Assembly (NCBI GenBank): GCA_003152105.1
Contig: PLZJ01000002.1
Span: 311,761-375,760, forward strand
Direction of reading: 5' to 3'
Length of the DNA stretch: 64,000 nt
Source of the DNA: Candidatus Levyibacteriota bacterium
GTDB lineage: Bacteria; Patescibacteriota; Microgenomatia; Levybacterales; UBA12049
The translations under genes and the position numbers were made by a program. A model generated the notes under the pieces. The model ran no database searches. It had not been told where the DNA came from and saw only the letters and a program-made list of their open reading frames with translations. Of this stretch, positions 59,725 to 64,000 are shown in pieces (positions within the stretch are counted from its first letter, which is position 1; each line of letters opens with the position of its first letter).

Positions 59725-60645
59725 TTATTTGGTTGGCGTCGACGATCCGTTCCCGAGACTCCCCAAGTTGAAGAGATTGCCCGAGTTGTTCGGAAGGACG
59801 TAGACCTTCGCTTGTCCGTAGAGGCTCTGTACCGCCTGGATCGAGAGATATCTCAGCACCTGCGGTGAAAGCGACTTGGTCAAGAGGGAGTTAGCCTTTG
59901 ATTGGCCTTCTGCCTTGGCGATGGTAGCCCTACGAGCTCCTTCAGCTTGTGCAACGACTTGTTGCGCTTGAAGTTGAGCTGTTTGAACCTGCTGGGCCGC
60001 GATCTGTTTTGCCTCGATGCTCTGCTCGAACTGCTTGCTGTAGTTGAAGTTTGAGATAAGTAGATTGTCTACTATAATCCCATTCTTCCCAAGATCAGTC
60101 GTGAGAGCATTCTGGATTTTGACAGAAAGCTGAGCTCGATTCGGAGCGATCTCCACCGTGTGGTAGTGAGATACTTGCTCCTTCACGTCTTGCTGGACTT
60201 GGTTTGGTACCAAGACATCGAACCAGTCAACTCCAAAATCTCGGTAGAGATGTTGAAGTTTGGTCGGATCGAGATGGTAGTTCAGCTGGACATCAAACGT
60301 TAGAGTCTGAGACTCCTTCGAGAACGCGTTGATGTTGTTTTCCGTGAACTTCTGCGTCTTGACGTTGGCGGTGTGGACCGAATTCCAAGGTGCGACAAAG
60401 TGCGTTCCCGATTGAAGGGGAGACCCGCTAAGTACACCGGAATAGTTGTAGACCATACCGACTTGCCCGGTTCCGATGTTTTGGATCGATGCTATGAAGA
60501 AGATCACAAAATACAGAACCACTGTAGCTCCGGCGGCCGCCCATCCTGCACCTTTTTCGCCTGTTGTTTCACCGAAGAGACCGAATGCCAGTCCGAGAAA
60601 GATGATGATGAGTCCGACGACAGTTAAACCGATCCATAGTGCCAT
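59725..60645 (-). CDS. SPFH / band-7 (stomatin-prohibitin-HflK/C-like) membrane protein (GC-rich)
   Basis: N-terminal TM helices, then ...GQVGMVYNYSGVLSGSPLQSGTHFVAPW... and a long Ala/Gln coiled-coil tail (...AQQVQTAQLQAQQVVAQAEGARRATIAKAEG...), typical of SPFH domains. Confidence 0.8.
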   Translation of the reverse strand: MALWIGLTVVGLIIIFLGLAFGLFGETTGEKGAGWAAAGATVVLYFVIFFIASIQNIGTGQVGMVYNYSGVLSGSPLQSGTHFVAPWNSVHTANVKTQKFTENNINAFSKESQTLTFDVQLNYHLDPTKLQHLYRDFGVDWFDVLVPNQVQQDVKEQVSHYHTVEIAPNRAQLSVKIQNALTTDLGKNGIIVDNLLISNFNYSKQFEQSIEAKQIAAQQVQTAQLQAQQVVAQAEGARRATIAKAEGQSKANSLLTKSLSPQVLRYLSIQAVQSLYGQAKVYVLPNNSGNLFNLGSLGNGSSTPTK

Positions 60646-60887
60646 GTGCGTTCAACTCCTTGTTGTTATTTCGGCATTGATCGAACTACTTTTAGTGCTA
60701 CACGTTTCACCCTCCATTTTGTTATTTGTTGTCTTCTCATTTATGCCCATGATAGATTATGGATTAGTACAAATATTTATACTTTTGCATAAAAAAGAAG
60801 ACAACTTTTCTCAGCAATTGAGAGTTAATAAAGGATGTCCTACAATTAAATGTAAATGTGCTACTAAATTCCCTATAGGGTATTTAG

Positions 60888-60944
60888 TAATACAGGATTA
60901 TATACTGAAAACATGAAATTGTCAATATTATAGGATTAAAATTA
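60888..60944. repeat. AT-rich repeated motif, copy A: ..TACAGGATTATATACT.. AAATTGTCAATATTATAGGATTAAAATT. Copy B is at 61899-61927, and a third TACAGGATTAAT is at 63899-63912
   Basis: The shared core is AAATTGTCAA-N5-7-TA(c/t)AGGATTA(t/a)AT. The copies lie in the spacers that flank the GC-rich SHOCT gene patch. Confidence 0.5.
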
Positions 60945-61068
60945 TTGAAGCTAAAGGGAGTGCGCGGGGGTTGTTGTAGCTAGAGTAGCTAAGATCTGTA
61001 GCTTGAATCACAGATTGTCCAGATGGACCAACACCCCACACGCGGCGCACATCTTTGTTGCGGGTTAC

Positions 61069-61329
61069 TTACGCGCTTGAACTTGGTCGATGAACGACAT
61101 CTTTAACCTTTTGTTCATAGGTTGGGAAGTCCATCTCGCCTGCAACGTATTTGTCTTGAAGAGACTTGATCGTATCTTCTTCGGATCCGAGTTCCTGCTC
61201 CTTCGCTTGGAGAGTTTTCTCCTTAGCTTTCACCTTGGAACGTTGTTTCCTCAAGTACCCGATGAAGAAGATTCCTCCACTACCGAGTAAGAGCATGCCT
61301 ACCACGACATCAAGTAGATCTCTTAGCAT
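61069..61329 (-). CDS. SHOCT-domain small membrane protein (GC-rich)
   Basis: N-terminal TM (LLLGSGGIFFIGYL), then ...LQDKYVAGEMDFPTYEQKVKDV..., resembling the short C-terminal SHOCT domain. Confidence 0.5.
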   Translation of the reverse strand: MLRDLLDVVVGMLLLGSGGIFFIGYLRKQRSKVKAKEKTLQAKEQELGSEEDTIKSLQDKYVAGEMDFPTYEQKVKDVVHRPSSSA

Positions 61330-61898
61330 TGCGAATTCCTTTCAGTGTTTTGTTGAGTTTGAATATGTCTATTCGACGTTTTTGTCGCGTTTTGCCTCCT
61401 TCTTGTATGAAAGTATTGTTAAACGAAAATGACCGCGATTACCTTGACTACATCAAATACTCCTTCAAAGTTCACTTCTGTCCCTTCGTTGATTATGAGT
61501 CTACCGGAATATTCTAATCTCCATTTCAGAAGCAGCTTCGAAGAATAGAATCAGAGTAAAAGCTCCAAATAGAACAAAAAAGACTGTGTTAGAAACATCG
61601 TACTTATGATGTGATAAGTTAATGAGAGCTAATGAATATCCTGCTGTACTCAAATTAGCTATCATAGCTAGAACAAGTAGCAATGCTCTTATCAAGTAAC
61701 TCTATATTTTTCCTTAATGTTATTTCTATATACCTGGGAAAGAGAAAAGGTTATTACCATCTCTCTTCCCAAGGCAAAAGAATATAAGGAATGTTCCGCA
61801 ACTTGTGAATGTGCAATAAGTTAAAAAAGGCTTTAATTTAGACAGCTATAGTCTAATTTAGCTCTTTTTTAGCCATGGGAGTATAGCAATAAATAGTC

Positions 61899-61927
61899 AA
61901 ATTGTCAAATACTACAGGATTATATTT
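61899..61927. repeat. AT-rich repeated motif, copy B (CAAATTGTCAAATACTACAGGATTATATTTT)
   Basis: See copy A. Confidence 0.5.
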
Positions 61928-62146
61928 TCGGCTTGCTTAAGTACATAACTTCTATAGTTTCACAGGTATTTGAGGTTTAAACCAATTTATTTCAAAAAAA
62001 GGTCCACAAAATAATAATTAGATTGTATTTATTGGCCAGGTCAATTAATATTCATGGACTTTATTGGTGGTTAACTATTCTGTAAGCGTAACTATTTTAT
62101 TCCCGATCTTGGCCAAAATTTAAAAAAGAAGTGGTATAATTTAGGA

Positions 62147-62569
62147 GTGATCACGCTTCGTCCCTATAGCCCAAATGACCACAGACAAATACTGGCTATT
62201 TTAAAAGAGTCTGGAATGGGTCCTTATGAAAATTGGGATGACTTGGATAATTACGCATCTATAGTTAAACTAGATAATGAAAATATCCTAGTAGCTCAAG
62301 ATGATGCAGAAATTATAGGCGTAGTCTTACTTACTTTTTTTGGTAGTAAAGTAGCATGGATTTTTAGACTTGCGGTTAAGGAAGCGTATAGGGAAAAAGG
62401 CATTGGTTCAAAATTAATTGAAGAAGCAGAAAAGATTGTTAGGAAAAAAGGAGTTAAAGAATTAGGTTTATATGCAAATGCTTCAAATATGAAGCTCCAA
62501 AGTTTCTACAAAAAGAGAAAATACAAAACGTTTGGAAAAGAGTATATTTACATGTGGAAGCTTATGTAA
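62147..62569 (+). CDS. GNAT family N-acetyltransferase (GTG start in the track; TGGTATAAT extended -10 at 62130-62138)
   Basis: ...IIGVVLLTFFGSKVAWIFRLAVKEAYREKGIGSKLIEEAEKI... (acetyl-CoA-binding motif A: R/Q-x-x-G-x-G/A). Confidence 0.7.
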   Translation: MITLRPYSPNDHRQILAILKESGMGPYENWDDLDNYASIVKLDNENILVAQDDAEIIGVVLLTFFGSKVAWIFRLAVKEAYREKGIGSKLIEEAEKIVRKKGVKELGLYANASNMKLQSFYKKRKYKTFGKEYIYMWKLM

Positions 62570-62575
62570 GGTGAT

Positions 62576-63121
62576 ATGAATAAAAAGCAAGGACCATGGA
62601 CAATAACTGCTACAAAAACTATCTATAAAAATCCTTGGATACGAGTTCGAGAAGATTCAGTAATTAGGCCAGATAAAAAGACCGGAATATTTTCAGTAAT
62701 TGAAATGAAAGAAGGAGTAAGTGTGTTGCCAATTGATAAAGATAATAACGTATATATTACGAAAGAATTCAAATATGCGGTAAATAGAGAAATGATAGAA
62801 GCAAGTAGTGGTGGATTGGAAGATGGCGAAAGTGTGCTAGAAGCTGCAAAAAGAGAATTGAATGAAGAAATGGGCATTTCTGCTAAGGAATGGATTTATC
62901 TTGGCTATATTGATCCTTTTACTTCAATTGTTACTTCTCCTAATCATATGTATATTGCCAAAGACCTAGCTTTTACAAGCACCAATCCAGAGGGGACTGA
63001 ACTAATTTCACCGGTAAAGATCTCATTAAATGAGGCCATACAAATGGTTATGAAAAACAAAATAACTCACGGAGCAACAGTTGCGATTATATTAAAGACA
63101 AAAAACTATTTTAATCTTTAA
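62576..63121 (+). CDS. NUDIX hydrolase
   Basis: Nudix box ...GGLEDGESVLEAAKRELNEEMGI... (GX5EX7REUXEEXGU). Confidence 0.8.
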   Translation: MNKKQGPWTITATKTIYKNPWIRVREDSVIRPDKKTGIFSVIEMKEGVSVLPIDKDNNVYITKEFKYAVNREMIEASSGGLEDGESVLEAAKRELNEEMGISAKEWIYLGYIDPFTSIVTSPNHMYIAKDLAFTSTNPEGTELISPVKISLNEAIQMVMKNKITHGATVAIILKTKNYFNL

Positions 63122-63142
63122 TATTCGAAGCTAAGTATTATT

Positions 63143-63712
63143 TTATTTATACTCATCTTTTACATCATTTCCGTATTCTTTTAATAATTTTTGTATTTTG
63201 GGATTAATGACAAACGTACAGTATGGAGAAGACTGATTTTTTTCAGCAAAATTCATATGTTCTTCTTCAGCTGGATAAAAGGAGCTATATGGAACGATTT
63301 CGGTTACTATGGGGTCTTTAAAAGTACCTGAATTTTCAATTTCTTGTTTTGATTTTAGTGCTATATTTTTTTGTTTTTCAGAGTGATATAAAATCATTGA
63401 TCTATACTCAGTGCCAACGTCTGCGCCTTGTCCATCTTTGGTAGTGGGATTGTGTGTATGCCAAAATATATCAAGAATTTTTTCGTAAGGAATAATAGAT
63501 GGATCAAAGGTAAGTTGTATTGCTTCGCCATGTCCAGTAGTTCCAGTAACTACATCATAATAACTTGGGTTTTCCTTATTCCCTCCAGCGTAGCCAGGAG
63601 TAACAGTTGTCACTCCTTTTAATCGCCTAAAGATAGCTTCAGTACACCAAAAACAACCACCTGCTAATGTTGCTGTATCTATCATAATGTTAGTATACAT
63701 GACAGTTATCAC
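63143..63712 (-). CDS. msrA: peptide methionine-S-sulfoxide reductase
   Basis: ...ATLAGGCFWCTEAIF... (GCFWC active site). The start is probably the internal ATG (MIDTATLAGG...). Confidence 0.9.
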   Translation of the reverse strand: MITVMYTNIMIDTATLAGGCFWCTEAIFRRLKGVTTVTPGYAGGNKENPSYYDVVTGTTGHGEAIQLTFDPSIIPYEKILDIFWHTHNPTTKDGQGADVGTEYRSMILYHSEKQKNIALKSKQEIENSGTFKDPIVTEIVPYSSFYPAEEEHMNFAEKNQSSPYCTFVINPKIQKLLKEYGNDVKDEYK

Positions 63713-63751
63713 TCCAAGCTCTCGTAAATTAACTATAAGCCTAGATAAAGG

Positions 63752-63780
63752 TTGACTTTAGCGCAGGTTTATCCTATAAT
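63752..63780 (+). promoter_or_regulatory. near-consensus sigma70 promoter (TTGACT-17-TATAAT) driving a partial ORF that starts at 63857
   Basis: TTGACT at 63752-63757, TATAAT at 63775-63780. Confidence 0.5.
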
Positions 63781-63856
63781 AGGATACCTAAAACGTACAG
63801 GGACCTATCATTATTAGATCGATTTTGCTGTACAATTTAACTTTTAGGATAAATGT

Positions 63857-64000
63857 ATGTCTCTTGCAATAACAAAAATTAAAGTATTTTATAAATATAT
63901 TACAGGATTAATTAAAAAGAAAAGCTTTAAGCGTTTTTACGCAAAACAAGTAATTAGAATTCGAAAGCATCCACTACTCAGTTTTTGCTTAGTACTATTT
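63857..64000 (+). CDS. hypothetical protein, 5' fragment (runs off the window end)
   Basis: ATG at 63857 with an open frame to the window end (MSLAITKIKVFYKYITGLIKKK...). Confidence 0.25.
   Translation, partial: MSLAITKIKVFYKYITGLIKKKSFKRFYAKQVIRIRKHPLLSFCLVLF

Noticed and set aside
57306-61500. Interpreting the whole GC-rich region as an intact integrative/conjugative element or phage.
   Set aside because: There is no integrase, excisionase, relaxase, capsid or transposase ORF anywhere in 57-62 kb. Only the att-like duplication and compositional shift are observed. It is therefore reported as a remnant or insertion of unknown mechanism, not as a mobile element feature.
1-64000. CRISPR arrays, rRNA genes, tmRNA, SRP RNA.
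   Set aside because: No regularly spaced direct repeats with unique spacers were seen. No rRNA-like GC-rich blocks were seen. No second structured-RNA candidate beyond RNase P RNA and one tRNA was recognised by eye. Absence is not proven without cmscan or tRNAscan.

Overview
This 64-kb window reads as a low-GC (about one third G+C), gene-dense, streamlined bacterial chromosome. Its character is consistent with a Candidate Phyla Radiation / Patescibacteria-type genome. Every call below was made by eye from protein and RNA motifs and the supplied ORF track; no searches were run. Hand-placed RNA and motif coordinates may be off by 1-2 nt. The track marks GTG/TTG starts as M, and several true starts are probably internal ATGs (noted per feature).

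Content, in order along the window:
- 3' end of rpoC, then rpsL-rpsG.
- A repair/recombination neighbourhood: cyclophilin, rmuC, a UvrD-type helicase fused to a Cas4/AddB-like Fe-S nuclease, an RNase P RNA missed by the ORF track, an AI-2E transporter, hup, a short RNase Y, recX-recA, and tRNA-Pro(GGG).
- On the minus strand, the complete alpha/spc/S10 ribosomal super-operon from rpsI through rpoA, infA, map, three tandem NMP-kinase paralogs, secY, the L15-to-S10 proteins, then tuf. There is no L30 gene between S5 and L15.
- fusA lies about 5 kb away from tuf, separated by murB, a LmbE-type deacetylase, an AlkA-like glycosylase, a GH18-like secreted protein and hypotheticals.
- tsaD, a VanW-domain protein, an orphan solute-binding protein coupled to a nucleotidyltransferase, greA, tdh-kbl, a class I LysRS, serS and secA.

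The most unusual region is 57.3-61.5 kb. Three conspicuously GC-rich gene patches sit in the AT-rich background: a TetR regulator plus SDR oxidoreductase, an SPFH/band-7 protein, and a SHOCT-domain protein. The first patch is bracketed by a 26-bp imperfect direct repeat of the secA 3' terminus. AT-rich spacers carrying a repeated motif of about 30 bp separate the patches. No integrase or transposase is visible.

Other points worth follow-up: leaderless-type promoters (rmuC, recA); a 10-bp-arm inverted repeat upstream of recA; ribosomal protein oddities (uL24 with a Cys4 zinc ribbon, uL3 with an acidic tail of about 100 aa, and a hairpin plus U-tract inside an unusually long S10-L3 spacer); and a third kinase paralog that lacks the catalytic Arg.
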